Shown here: positions 45,627-55,424 of the stretch, one piece after another
Position numbering within the stretch: the stretch's first letter is position 1
Layout of the letters: each line of letters begins with the position of its first letter
Virus record (IMG/VR): IMGVR_UViG_3300025096_000011
DNA length: 64,000 nucleotides
Direction: 5' to 3' (one strand)
From: an uncultured virus (IMG/VR IMGVR_UViG_3300025096_000011)
Lineage: Duplodnaviria > Heunggongvirae > Uroviricota > Caudoviricetes
Made by a program: the position numbers and the translations under genes
Notes under the pieces: generated by a model
The model's input: only the letters and a program-made list of their open reading frames with translations
The model's database searches: none
What the model was told of the DNA's origin: nothing

Positions 45627-47893
45627 TCGGATGACACAGCGGCAACAAGCGTTGTAAACGTAGGTACCACGCTGTCAGTATGCCCAAAATCAATAAGCAT
45701 AGCTGAAAGGTTTGCACCACTTAACCCTACTGTCGGACCATAAAATGTGTTGGTTTCTGCTCCTGCGACGAACAAAGCAACACCATCGATTACCATGTTT
45801 TGTGAACTCTCTTGCATGTGACCGAGCGAGGTAGTGTTTTCTTTGGCACCACCAGGGGCATAGTCCCAATATGTCCAGTCGAGCCACGGTCTACTAACCA
45901 TCATTTGAAGACTCAAGTTTACTTGGTTGGCTAGGGGCCTCGCATCTCTAAACTCGCTGTCAGTTTCAAGTGTTGGGTGCTCTCTCCAGTTATTAAACTG
46001 ATTCACAAACACCTCAGAACGGGGGGGAATAACCCAATCGCTGTCACTTTGACCTTTAATATGAAATCCAAGACGGAAGAACCCAAACACACCTGCGTTA
46101 GAGTATGCCCTTTTTGTTTGCTGGCTTTCCACCACGAGTTTGTGATAAAACCCGCCCGGGGAACTCCCGGCGGCTGAAGCCCCGTCGAAGTTTATAAAGG
46201 AAGATACGCCGCTATTGGGAATAAAACTAGTCCCCCCAGTATCGGGAATAAAACTAGACCCCCCAGAGCCGCCCGTCTTATCTGGAGCACTCTTGGTAAG
46301 ACTTACAAAGTCAACACTCCCATCTTTACTTGCAAACGCATGCCTGTGGCCGTGTAGTAAAAGCACTTGTACGTCTGCGGTGATTAACAACGCTCTGTTA
46401 CGGTTGGCTTTATACGCGAACTCAGAGCGAAGAGCGCAAAAGCCTTGATCTTTTTCACGCCAAAGCGATGAAAGGTTAGGAACAACCTGAGTTGCTATCG
46501 AGTGGTTTGTGCTTGTTACTATCGGACTTACACTTGACTCATCGTGGTCTGTAAGCAGTGAGTCAGAATAGTTGAGTCGTTCTTCATTGTGCGAACGAAC
46601 TGCCCACATACACCAACCAGATGTATCTTTCGTAGCGCCTGTGGCAGGGTACCCCTCTTTGTGATCCCAAGTAATCTTAGGTGTGTGTGGATTATAGTCG
46701 CTCTCACCTAACCACGCCCGCGCAATAAACTCCGAGTCAGGTCTTCGATTGTGGTAAGTAAATCCGCTGTAGCCATACTCAGTCTTTGCGTGAAGACCTA
46801 TTTGGTCGAAACTGACTATGGGGCCGCCCATCATGTGTTCGGGTCGAAACGCGCCAGGAGCGATGTTACCTTTGCGCAATGCGGATAGCGCAGATGCGGC
46901 ACTACTTATGCTGTCTCCTGGGTTAAACAGTTCTTGGTCTATGAAAGGCGGAGAGTTTACTGACTCTGACGAAACAGGTGAACCTACTCGGGTAGGTAGT
47001 GTGATGACGTTAAGTGACGCGTTCATCACGCCGACTTTATTGTGCTCCACCCTGTTCCCATATTGTTTGGAAAATCTATCATCATCAAGTCTTCGTACGA
47101 CGAGTTCGACTACACAGTTACCAGGTGAGATGTCAACAATGGTGCCGAGCCTACAAGGCCAAGCAGCGGTACCTAAAGCGGATCTTTGCGGGGTCTTTTC
47201 CCCTGACGGCCCCGGAAACTGAACTCTCTCGTCATCGGCAAGCCGTTCCGTTTTGAGTTGTATCGGTACGATGCCTTGCTGTTGATCATCATGACACCCC
47301 GTCACTGAATCATCGATAACGCGGCCGTTTACACGCAAGGCCCACTGAACCATCGCGCCGTAGGATTTTCGTGGGTACGACGTTAAACCTGTAGTTCTTG
47401 GTGAAGGCCAAGCTTCATCTATATTAAAATCACCGTATTGATAATGATGGCCTGGGAAGGGAGTTCGGCCGATGATTCCATCACGGTCTTCTAAAGGTAG
47501 GGTGAAGGCATACCAGAGATGTTGACCGATTCCCGAAAGCCAAAGCCTTGATGTCTCGGTTACATACCCTTGGTCGACCACGCAAACTGTTTGCCAACCA
47601 GACTTTTCCGCGAAAAGAACGGGACCCTGTGGTTGGGTAGGTTCGGTAGTGCCTCCGTTTCCAATACCATAAATACGAAAGTCGTTACTACCTACCCGAG
47701 ACGTGAACTTACAAGAACCAAAGGCGCCGCTGTCTGCGAGTAGCGGGTTGATGTTCGTGTTTAAACCACTAAAGTTAGTAGCGCCCAAGTTCCCTGATAG
47801 TTGCTCTGCCGCAGGTGCAACCTCAAGAGTCAGGTTGTCTGGGTCAAGAACCTCGCTGTTTTTGAGCACATGTTTCGGGAACTCGTAAGGCAT
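45623..47893 (-). CDS. putative tail protein
   Basis: 756 aa, TAATG-coupled to the nozzle gene. Confidence 0.55.
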   Translation of the reverse strand: MPYEFPKHVLKNSEVLDPDNLTLEVAPAAEQLSGNLGATNFSGLNTNINPLLADSGAFGSCKFTSRVGSNDFRIYGIGNGGTTEPTQPQGPVLFAEKSGWQTVCVVDQGYVTETSRLWLSGIGQHLWYAFTLPLEDRDGIIGRTPFPGHHYQYGDFNIDEAWPSPRTTGLTSYPRKSYGAMVQWALRVNGRVIDDSVTGCHDDQQQGIVPIQLKTERLADDERVQFPGPSGEKTPQRSALGTAAWPCRLGTIVDISPGNCVVELVVRRLDDDRFSKQYGNRVEHNKVGVMNASLNVITLPTRVGSPVSSESVNSPPFIDQELFNPGDSISSAASALSALRKGNIAPGAFRPEHMMGGPIVSFDQIGLHAKTEYGYSGFTYHNRRPDSEFIARAWLGESDYNPHTPKITWDHKEGYPATGATKDTSGWCMWAVRSHNEERLNYSDSLLTDHDESSVSPIVTSTNHSIATQVVPNLSSLWREKDQGFCALRSEFAYKANRNRALLITADVQVLLLHGHRHAFASKDGSVDFVSLTKSAPDKTGGSGGSSFIPDTGGTSFIPNSGVSSFINFDGASAAGSSPGGFYHKLVVESQQTKRAYSNAGVFGFFRLGFHIKGQSDSDWVIPPRSEVFVNQFNNWREHPTLETDSEFRDARPLANQVNLSLQMMVSRPWLDWTYWDYAPGGAKENTTSLGHMQESSQNMVIDGVALFVAGAETNTFYGPTVGLSGANLSAMLIDFGHTDSVVPTFTTLVAAVSSE

Positions 47894-50307
47894 TAAATAT
47901 CCTCTCTACCAGGTATTCTTGCTCTCGGATTACCCGACGTTGCCACTGAAACGTCAAAGGCAAAAGAAGCAATCTCAACTGACCCACCGCTCCCATCTAT
48001 GGCGGTTTCTATCTCAAAGCACCAAGTATTCACAGTGCTCATGTTAACTGGTATTTTACGCCAAAATAGTCTCGGTCGTTGGTTTCGACTACTACCAATA
48101 ACGGCCAAGTCGCCAACATCGGCCACTATTTCAGTGCCTTCGTCTGTTCCAACCGACTTAACTACGAGTTCATCCACTACTTGTGTAGAGCCGTTTTTGT
48201 AAAACTTCAAGCGAAACGAAGCGTTCTCCGTGTCAACCAGACCGAGATACATGGTACGCACGTTCACGGGAGTAAGTGAGTTTTGGTCTGCTCTAAGCCA
48301 GCCTGACCGGTAAACAGCTTTGTGCGAAAAGTCGCAGGTCACAGAACTTGCAGCCGTTTCTCGGTTTAGTACGTAGACGCTGGGCCCGCGACGATGTAAG
48401 GGGTCACTCTGCTGCCCACCAAACCTCTGTAAATAGAGTATACCTGCCGTGTCTTCCTTCGATATTGATACAGAAGAGATGTAAAAAACGTCGGTTGCCG
48501 CTGCTAAGCACATGTTTCGGGAATCCCGAGTTACTGCGAAGCTTGAGATGTGCATGTTGTAGTTGATCTCGCGCCAGTAGTCACCGTCGAAGCACAAAAT
48601 CAAACTTTGGGCTGTTGAGCCAGCCTCACAAACAGCGCAGCGGTACTCTCCACTATCGGGGTCAATCACAGCGGCAGCAAGCCTAAGCCTGTTCCGGTTA
48701 ACGTAAACCTTCATGGTTCTGTCAATCGCGGTGCTGATCAGGTTGATGGCCCCGCCTTGGAGAGCGTAGAAGCCGTCACGACCTAACCAGATTAGCGAGC
48801 CGTCACGCATGACTTGGATACTCTGCGGTGCGACACAGCCGACACCGTGCGTAATCGGTGTTGGTGCTGCAAAGTCATCCAGTGCGTATACGGTTGTCTC
48901 GGTAAAAGCGAGTAGCTGATTGTTGTGAGAGAACAGAGCGGTAATCTCTTCACCACCACTATCGGGAAACGTGAAGTCAATGGCGCTAAATGTTCCTGGG
49001 TACCCCTGTTCAGAGCGCATTACCATGCCAGGGGAGCCCGAGATGTTGCCAATGATGAGCCTGCCCTGGTGTACGCACATAACTTTGAATATCGGGATGG
49101 CTACGGTAGGTACCATGTCATCGCCTAACTCTGCGTCAGGAACATTATCAGGGAAGTCAAAGTCGCCAGCAGCCGATAGACGTGTCACAAGTCTTGGAGT
49201 TGGACCTACGTTATCAATGTCAGGTGTGCGGTAAATGTTTACGGCAACTACGTCGCTTGCGCGTGCGGTTTCTTTTATGCTGACGCCGGAAGTTACCCAA
49301 GAGTTATCAGCTTGAGACCCGATAGGTGTGTGGTCAGGCAAAGAACAGCGCAAAAGAAACTGACGTTGAACGTCTTTGATCTCAAGACCTAACGTTTCTT
49401 CAAGCTTAGCAATGATCCCCTCAACACCATCACTACCACCACGAATCGGATTAGCGCTGTGTGGCTGTATATGGACTGCATTTGACCTTGAAGATGTAGC
49501 AGAGCGGTTACCAAACTGATCTTCGTATTGTACGTGATAAATAAAGTGGCCTGCGAGCACACCACCACCGTCACCGGATAGCATGTCACCGGCCGTCCCG
49601 ATGTTGCCTTCCCAAGAGTACCCATGTGAGTTGGGGTAGAATGAATCACGCCCTACGATGTCCACGCCCGTTGGACCCTCCGCAATCGGAGCGCTTGGAA
49701 TGTCTCTGAATCCAAGCTTAAATGCCGTACCTTCGGGTGTAATGATATGAGCCTGGTCCAACCCGTTGTTAAAAATGACGAAGTCGTTGAACACCACAAA
49801 CTGGTGAGGAAAAGTTACAGGGCCTGTGAGTTTTTGCTGGTCACTTGTAAGCGCTGTTAAATCCGTGAGTACCGGTAAGAAGTTCGGTTGGTGATAAACA
49901 CCCTCTTCAGCATAGCTGCTGCCACCTGTTCCACCTGTATTCCACGGTTTATGCAGATACAGTTTTGAGCCCGCAGACACGAAAAGCATATCAGCACACT
50001 TGTCGAACAGTCGGGCATGAAAGACGGTACCCAAGGGTGTACTACATGAGTACGTCCACCCATCATAACCTTCGGTTAAAACCTCGGGGCACCCCGTTTC
50101 TTGGGGCCAGTACCCCTCGCTTATGCTTGCTTTACGATCAGATGCTATTTCATACGGTGTGATGAGCGGTATTGTACGAAGTGTACCGTCTCTCGTGACG
50201 CCAAAGTTTTGAACATGCTGACCTAAAGCCTGCGGAGAATACTGAACCTCGGCCTGCCCAGGGGGAATGACCCATTGAAGTACCTGCTGTTGTGCTGGAG
50301 AGGCCAA
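47893..50307 (-). CDS. tail tubular protein B / nozzle (P22 gp10-like)
   Basis: HQGRLIIG, GEEITAL, GVGCVAPQSI and WLGRDGFY propeller motifs; ~800 aa; position after the adaptor. Confidence 0.75.
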   Translation of the reverse strand: MASPAQQQVLQWVIPPGQAEVQYSPQALGQHVQNFGVTRDGTLRTIPLITPYEIASDRKASISEGYWPQETGCPEVLTEGYDGWTYSCSTPLGTVFHARLFDKCADMLFVSAGSKLYLHKPWNTGGTGGSSYAEEGVYHQPNFLPVLTDLTALTSDQQKLTGPVTFPHQFVVFNDFVIFNNGLDQAHIITPEGTAFKLGFRDIPSAPIAEGPTGVDIVGRDSFYPNSHGYSWEGNIGTAGDMLSGDGGGVLAGHFIYHVQYEDQFGNRSATSSRSNAVHIQPHSANPIRGGSDGVEGIIAKLEETLGLEIKDVQRQFLLRCSLPDHTPIGSQADNSWVTSGVSIKETARASDVVAVNIYRTPDIDNVGPTPRLVTRLSAAGDFDFPDNVPDAELGDDMVPTVAIPIFKVMCVHQGRLIIGNISGSPGMVMRSEQGYPGTFSAIDFTFPDSGGEEITALFSHNNQLLAFTETTVYALDDFAAPTPITHGVGCVAPQSIQVMRDGSLIWLGRDGFYALQGGAINLISTAIDRTMKVYVNRNRLRLAAAVIDPDSGEYRCAVCEAGSTAQSLILCFDGDYWREINYNMHISSFAVTRDSRNMCLAAATDVFYISSVSISKEDTAGILYLQRFGGQQSDPLHRRGPSVYVLNRETAASSVTCDFSHKAVYRSGWLRADQNSLTPVNVRTMYLGLVDTENASFRLKFYKNGSTQVVDELVVKSVGTDEGTEIVADVGDLAVIGSSRNQRPRLFWRKIPVNMSTVNTWCFEIETAIDGSGGSVEIASFAFDVSVATSGNPRARIPGREDI

Positions 50308-50318
50308 GGTTCAATCTC

Positions 50319-50786
50319 TTAAAACGATACTTGTTCGCGTTTCTTCCAAGTCATCGAAAGAAGTTCAGGGGCAGACGGGTTCCCTCGTAGGTCAGGCACA
50401 GCCTTATACGCGCGTGCGCGCCAAGACATGTAGCGCTCACCAGCCACAGGAGGCGGCAAAGGCAACTCTTCCAGCTTGTCTGGCTCAGTACCTTCGTCGA
50501 AAACAATCTCGCTGCTACCAGCAACGGGGCTTGCGCCAACAGGTAAGAATGAGTTGGTTGTGCGATGATATACCCAACCTTTCGGGCGCCAATCTGTGTG
50601 CGTAATCGGGTTCGCGTGAGATGAGACAAACTCGAATCCATTGCGCGTGATTAAAACAGAGTGCCAAAAAGTCGGATCTTCTTTGTTGTATTTGAGGCTG
50701 GTGACCATCGCCTCTTCGATTTGACCGTCGAGGTTTTGGCGCTCAAGTGTGTCGCCAATCGCGGGTCGGGGTAGTTTGAATGACAT
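50319..50786 (-). CDS. hypothetical protein
   Basis: GGAGG RBS; 155 aa. Confidence 0.7.
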   Translation of the reverse strand: MSFKLPRPAIGDTLERQNLDGQIEEAMVTSLKYNKEDPTFWHSVLITRNGFEFVSSHANPITHTDWRPKGWVYHRTTNSFLPVGASPVAGSSEIVFDEGTEPDKLEELPLPPPVAGERYMSWRARAYKAVPDLRGNPSAPELLSMTWKKREQVSF

Positions 50787-50844
50787 GCAACCTCCTTACG
50801 TTGTGTTGCGTCCCAACTATAACAGGGTGGACAGAATACTAAAA

Positions 50845-53343
50845 CTAACTATCCTGTTTCAGTGATGCGTAGTTGCCAAATAGGCCGTTTCGAGACCGAT
50901 AAGACGTACCCCCGATGATCGAAGTAGGTTCGACAATCTTAGCTGGGTTCGCGTAGCGTGATCGGTATCTCCGAGCCAACTCAGTATACCGATCTAAGTG
51001 AACTTGTGCACCTGCCTGATCGGCTCCATCGAGCAAGGCTACGTAGTACGCAGACAACTCAATCAAAGCGGATATAGCGTCACGTTGGATTGGCGGAGTA
51101 TCCTGGTCATCAATCAGTTTCTTGGGTAGCCGCGAAACGCGCAAATCAAGTTCGTATCGACTATCTTGTACCGGATAAGTTTTGTACGCATAGTACCCCG
51201 TACTATGGCGCAAAGGTCGTTCAATGTCATACAAACAACTACCACGCCAAAAGAACTGACAGGCGGCTTGAGGGTTAGCGGCGAACTCATCGTACGTAGG
51301 CTCTACTTCACACAGCAGGTAAAACTTATTACCCGTTTCTGTATTCGCCATTGCGCCTTGGCTACCTATCCCGCCGGCTATACCCCTACCTTCATAAGCA
51401 TTATGCGAAACATAAAAACGAAGGCGCAAACCACTTCGGCCAAATCGTTGCGTATACGGGTCCGAGAAACCCAACATAGCGTCAATATTAGTCGCTTTTA
51501 CTAAGATTGCGCCCTTAGTCATCAGATTCGTGGGGTCTAAGAATACCGTTTCCGCTGGAGACGGCGCACTCTCCCAAGTAGGGTCAGTTATACCTGCGAT
51601 ACTTGTAGACGAAGTAGGTCGTAAAGTAGACGCATGAATCCCTTGTGTATGTGCCCAGTTAATCTCAATCTCGGACGACAAACCTCGATGACCTTTAGGT
51701 GCAATGTTAGGTGCTTGCTGCCATTCTTTGTCTCTCCGACCCCAGACGTACGTGTAGCACACTGACCACGTACCCTGCCTCAGAGACTCGTGGTCACCCG
51801 AAGGAACCAGTAGGTCAGCTAAGCCGCCTAGAGCCCCACTATCACCACCTGGTAACGGCTTAGATAGCAACTCATGCACCCAAGGTGCGATATTTTGAGT
51901 GACGTAGTTCAGCTTCGGTGGTTCAGTAGGTGCGGGTAGTTGGAAGTGTCTACCTCTGAACATGCGAACAGGTCTACCTTCCGTGTCACCCTGATAGTCT
52001 CGCATACCAGCACGGTCAGCACCGGCTGTGTCAATGGACCATATTTGCTGTTGGGTCTCATCGTAGACAACAGCGGGCTCATGAAGTTCAGTCACATCAT
52101 CCCGAAGAAAGAACTCAGGTTGGTAGATACGAAACTCCATAGGTTCACCGACCGTCTGTTGCTTAATCTCGCGGGACACTCTCTTCCACGATTGGGTTTG
52201 TGGGTCGTATACAGAACCTACCACTAGCTTCGTATACCACGACCACCCGTCTAAGTTGTTTCTCCACGGCCTGTCCAAAGTCACCATGTACTGTCTTCTT
52301 TGATGAAACTCTCTGTCGGGATTTGGTCGCTGATTGGTCTGTGCTTTTTGACCATTATTCTCATTACTATGCAAGGAAACCGCCGGTTCTCGGTTCTTCT
52401 TAAACAGTTGAGTCGGGTCATGGTCAAAGACTTCAAAGTCTTTCGTCTTAGTAGACAAAGAACGAACAGTTACGTCGTAGCTGGGATCTGCCGCAAAGGG
52501 CAACTTCTTCGCTTGGAGGGCACCACCATAACTATCAAACGTACTGAACTTTATGCCGCGACTGCGTAACTTCGCACGAAACTGAGACAGAAATGCCTGG
52601 TTAACTTCCTCAACTGGAAGTCCGTTAGCCTGGGCAATGCTTAGTTTGTCTGCTGCGTCTTGCCTGCTGCTCGCCTTGAACGCAGCAACAGCACTCTTGG
52701 TACCTGCACCCGCAAGATACTCATTAACAAATACCTTGGCCACGTTATTCGCTGACGCTTTATTTTGAGTATAGTCATACTCTTCTCGAAACTGCGCCAT
52801 TGCCGCTTTAGTAATCTTATTGGCTTCTTCTGTAGCCTTAGAAGTTCGTACAAAACTAACAGCTTTCTGGCCAACTGCTATATTGCTAGCCGTACCAAAA
52901 GGTCGAATGTTCAACCGTGTCATAGCGTAGCTTTGATCGTCAAAAAAGAACTCGCGGCATTGGCGACGATGCCACCGACCCGATGGGTCCTTGACTTCGA
53001 TGTGCATAATGCCATCCCACTCACCAGTACATCTTGGCCGCCAAGTTGTGAGTGACCTAGTTGAATCAATCGGCACCCCGTTCTTATCGACAAATAGCAG
53101 CAAACGTTTATCTGTGGGATGACAGACTAAGTAAGCTTTTACGTAGTCGTCGCCACTTTTCTGCGGCGGCTGGAGCACGACATGTTCTTCGTCAGGAATG
53201 AGTGCTTCGGGTACATCACCTGCAAGACGATCAAGTGCCTGGTTGATTGCGCTATTTAGCTTTTCGTCGAGTGATTTTCCGCTGCTATCCCACGCACGCA
53301 TAGCAAGAAGTCTTTGACGCAACGAACCAAGAGAAACATTCAC
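50845..53343 (-). CDS. head-tail adaptor / tail tubular protein A, greatly enlarged
   Basis: N-terminal LNSAINQALDRL and C-terminal YPVQDSRY...LIDDQDTPPI...ALIE adaptor-like ends; first gene after the capsid terminator. Confidence 0.6.
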   Translation of the reverse strand: MNVSLGSLRQRLLAMRAWDSSGKSLDEKLNSAINQALDRLAGDVPEALIPDEEHVVLQPPQKSGDDYVKAYLVCHPTDKRLLLFVDKNGVPIDSTRSLTTWRPRCTGEWDGIMHIEVKDPSGRWHRRQCREFFFDDQSYAMTRLNIRPFGTASNIAVGQKAVSFVRTSKATEEANKITKAAMAQFREEYDYTQNKASANNVAKVFVNEYLAGAGTKSAVAAFKASSRQDAADKLSIAQANGLPVEEVNQAFLSQFRAKLRSRGIKFSTFDSYGGALQAKKLPFAADPSYDVTVRSLSTKTKDFEVFDHDPTQLFKKNREPAVSLHSNENNGQKAQTNQRPNPDREFHQRRQYMVTLDRPWRNNLDGWSWYTKLVVGSVYDPQTQSWKRVSREIKQQTVGEPMEFRIYQPEFFLRDDVTELHEPAVVYDETQQQIWSIDTAGADRAGMRDYQGDTEGRPVRMFRGRHFQLPAPTEPPKLNYVTQNIAPWVHELLSKPLPGGDSGALGGLADLLVPSGDHESLRQGTWSVCYTYVWGRRDKEWQQAPNIAPKGHRGLSSEIEINWAHTQGIHASTLRPTSSTSIAGITDPTWESAPSPAETVFLDPTNLMTKGAILVKATNIDAMLGFSDPYTQRFGRSGLRLRFYVSHNAYEGRGIAGGIGSQGAMANTETGNKFYLLCEVEPTYDEFAANPQAACQFFWRGSCLYDIERPLRHSTGYYAYKTYPVQDSRYELDLRVSRLPKKLIDDQDTPPIQRDAISALIELSAYYVALLDGADQAGAQVHLDRYTELARRYRSRYANPAKIVEPTSIIGGTSYRSRNGLFGNYASLKQDS

Positions 53344-53352
53344 GGTGCCTCC

Positions 53353-53392
53353 AAAAGACGAAGGGGGCGGAGCCCGAAAGCCACGCCCCCTA
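53353..53392 (-). terminator. intrinsic terminator after capsid and cement genes
   Basis: GGGGGCGTGGCT-TTCG-GGCTCCGCCCCC followed by TTCGTCTTTT on the minus strand. Confidence 0.8.
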
Positions 53393-53413
53393 AGTATATC
53401 ACGAAGTAGTTAA

Positions 53414-53971
53414 CTACCACACACCGTTAATCCAGCATGTTGCCTTGTCTCCCGAAGAAGAACCAGCATCGGCTTCAAGAGCCATTGCAAAGACACATTC
53501 AAGATTGTCGGTAGTTGCATCAGCGTTGAGCGTGATTGTGTCAGCGATACCCGCAGTGCTTGCGTGAGCGACCAAACGATCACCTTGAGCAACACCACCG
53601 TCACACTGAACTTCACCAGCACCCTTTGCAATGATCCAACCGTACTCACCTGCGGCAATCGCACCACCAGCTACTCCAAGAATCCGATACACATGAAGTG
53701 TCGCGGTGGAGAGCAGTCCGTGAAAGGATGCGTAATCGCTGTTATCCAGCATGATTACGTTACCTTCCGCAAACGCCGATGAATCATCGTTGTAAACGAA
53801 GATCCACTCCCGATCACCATAATGAGTCGAGTTAGCAGCGGTTACTTCGTCCGCTTTTTGCGTACGGCGAGTACCTACAGGGTATGCCTCAAAGGAATAT
53901 GTAGCAGCCGGCCAATCTTTGCCAACTGCTCCATCGACGACAGAAGCGCCTGAACTAAAAGTACCACTCAT
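53414..53971 (-). CDS. capsid cement/decoration protein
   Basis: GVAGGAIAAGEYGWI..G pattern; ATGA-coupled to the major capsid gene. Confidence 0.7.
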   Translation of the reverse strand: MSGTFSSGASVVDGAVGKDWPAATYSFEAYPVGTRRTQKADEVTAANSTHYGDREWIFVYNDDSSAFAEGNVIMLDNSDYASFHGLLSTATLHVYRILGVAGGAIAAGEYGWIIAKGAGEVQCDGGVAQGDRLVAHASTAGIADTITLNADATTDNLECVFAMALEADAGSSSGDKATCWINGVW

Positions 53972-55041
53972 GCAGCACCTCCAGCAACACACCCTTGAGC
54001 GGGAGTCTTGGTGCAGATCAAGTTTCCTTGCATAGTGAACACAGCAGTCACAACATCTTGGTCACCAACACGTTCCTTGAACTCGCTAATGGTCGGTGCT
54101 TCCGCCATTGCAAACTCCATAAAGTCAGTGTTCAAGAAGTAAGCTGCTCCCTCGTCAGGTGCGTAAGTAGCGCCCGATGCAGGAGTAGTTGTCATGATTG
54201 ATGCGTCCAGGTCAAGAGAAGAATAGACCTGAGCGATACCGAGTTCGAGGCCAAGCATTGTGCTCTTTTCAGTCTTGTCTTCGACGACTGAAACGCGAAC
54301 GTTGCTCAACTTATCGTTCTCGAAGTTGGCGAATGTGTCATCATCAAAGATGCACAAGTCTGGACCCTTACCCATTCCACCAGCGTAGTGAGCGCACTTA
54401 CGATACAAAGAACGAAGAATCTTCGTACCTGTTGTACCATAAGCACCCATTTCAGCGTACTGGTTGAAGTGGAAGTAAGAAGAAGACTTGGTCACATTCT
54501 GAACCTTGTCACCTTGGCTGGCAGGGGGTTGCCAGTCGAGAAGACCGTGAGCGACGCCAGTACCGATACCGGTAGAGACGTCACCGTTCAGAGTGAGCAG
54601 ACCAGCCAGTTCAGAGGTGTTGAAGACAATACCGCGACTCGTACCTGTAAGTAGGTAAGAGTTGATGTCTGCCTTCGCACCCTCAAGAACAGTCTTGGGA
54701 TACTCTTCAATGAGACGGATCACAGCGAGTTTTCCGCTGTTCATCTGAAGTTCTTTCTTGGGAATGTTGATCGCAACAGCGAGCCTATGAGGTTCGACCT
54801 GGAACTTACGGATCTCTTGACGACGAGTCATGTTAAGAAGTTCGTCACCAACGTAGATACCGACACCACGAGCAGGAGCACCACCAGAGAAAGTACGCTC
54901 GATGAGTGTACCGCTCTCCATTGGAATCCGTGCTTTCTTGTCAAGCGCCTCAAAAAGTTCACTGCTACGAACAAATGAGTTCACCAGGGGACCACGAAGG
55001 TCCTCAAAGGTGGTGTTCAAAAGTTCAGTAGAGATGGACAT
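53968..55041 (-). CDS. major capsid protein (HK97-like fold)
   Basis: 357 aa; LLNTTF...SGTLIER, LAGL, AYFLNTDF, GNLIC...QG; followed by cement gene and terminator. Confidence 0.85.
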   Translation of the reverse strand: MSISTELLNTTFEDLRGPLVNSFVRSSELFEALDKKARIPMESGTLIERTFSGGAPARGVGIYVGDELLNMTRRQEIRKFQVEPHRLAVAINIPKKELQMNSGKLAVIRLIEEYPKTVLEGAKADINSYLLTGTSRGIVFNTSELAGLLTLNGDVSTGIGTGVAHGLLDWQPPASQGDKVQNVTKSSSYFHFNQYAEMGAYGTTGTKILRSLYRKCAHYAGGMGKGPDLCIFDDDTFANFENDKLSNVRVSVVEDKTEKSTMLGLELGIAQVYSSLDLDASIMTTTPASGATYAPDEGAAYFLNTDFMEFAMAEAPTISEFKERVGDQDVVTAVFTMQGNLICTKTPAQGCVAGGAA

Positions 55042-55211
55042 TTTGTACCTTAGCTAAGTATGAAAGTAGTTTGATTCAACCGTCGCCTGCCCTGACCAAC
55101 CCACACGGACCTTTCGGCTACCCGAACAAACTTGGGGGGTGCGTATATTACTTCTACACTACGTATGTGATCTTGACAAGTGTAGGGTCGACTTAATCAA
55201 CAACATTAGGG

Positions 55212-55364
55212 TTAGCGCTTGTCTTTCGCTTGCTTGCCGCCTTGTTGTTTCTTCTTTAGCTGCTTCATCGTAATCATGAGTAGTTTACGCTTACCACGGG
55301 GTTCAGACTGTTCGTTTTTCTTGCTGTTACGTGTTGTGTAGCGAACGTCGCTTCCAATAGGCAT
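55212..55364 (-). CDS. small basic protein
   Basis: MPIGSDVRYTTRNSKK...KDKR with AGGA RBS; fills the gap between terL and the capsid leader. Confidence 0.45.
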   Translation of the reverse strand: MPIGSDVRYTTRNSKKNEQSEPRGKRKLLMITMKQLKKKQQGGKQAKDKR

Positions 55365-55424
55365 AACTACTTCCTGATGTGCTTTATCGTACTTCCGTGA
55401 TACCATGATCACATAGGTGGTGCA

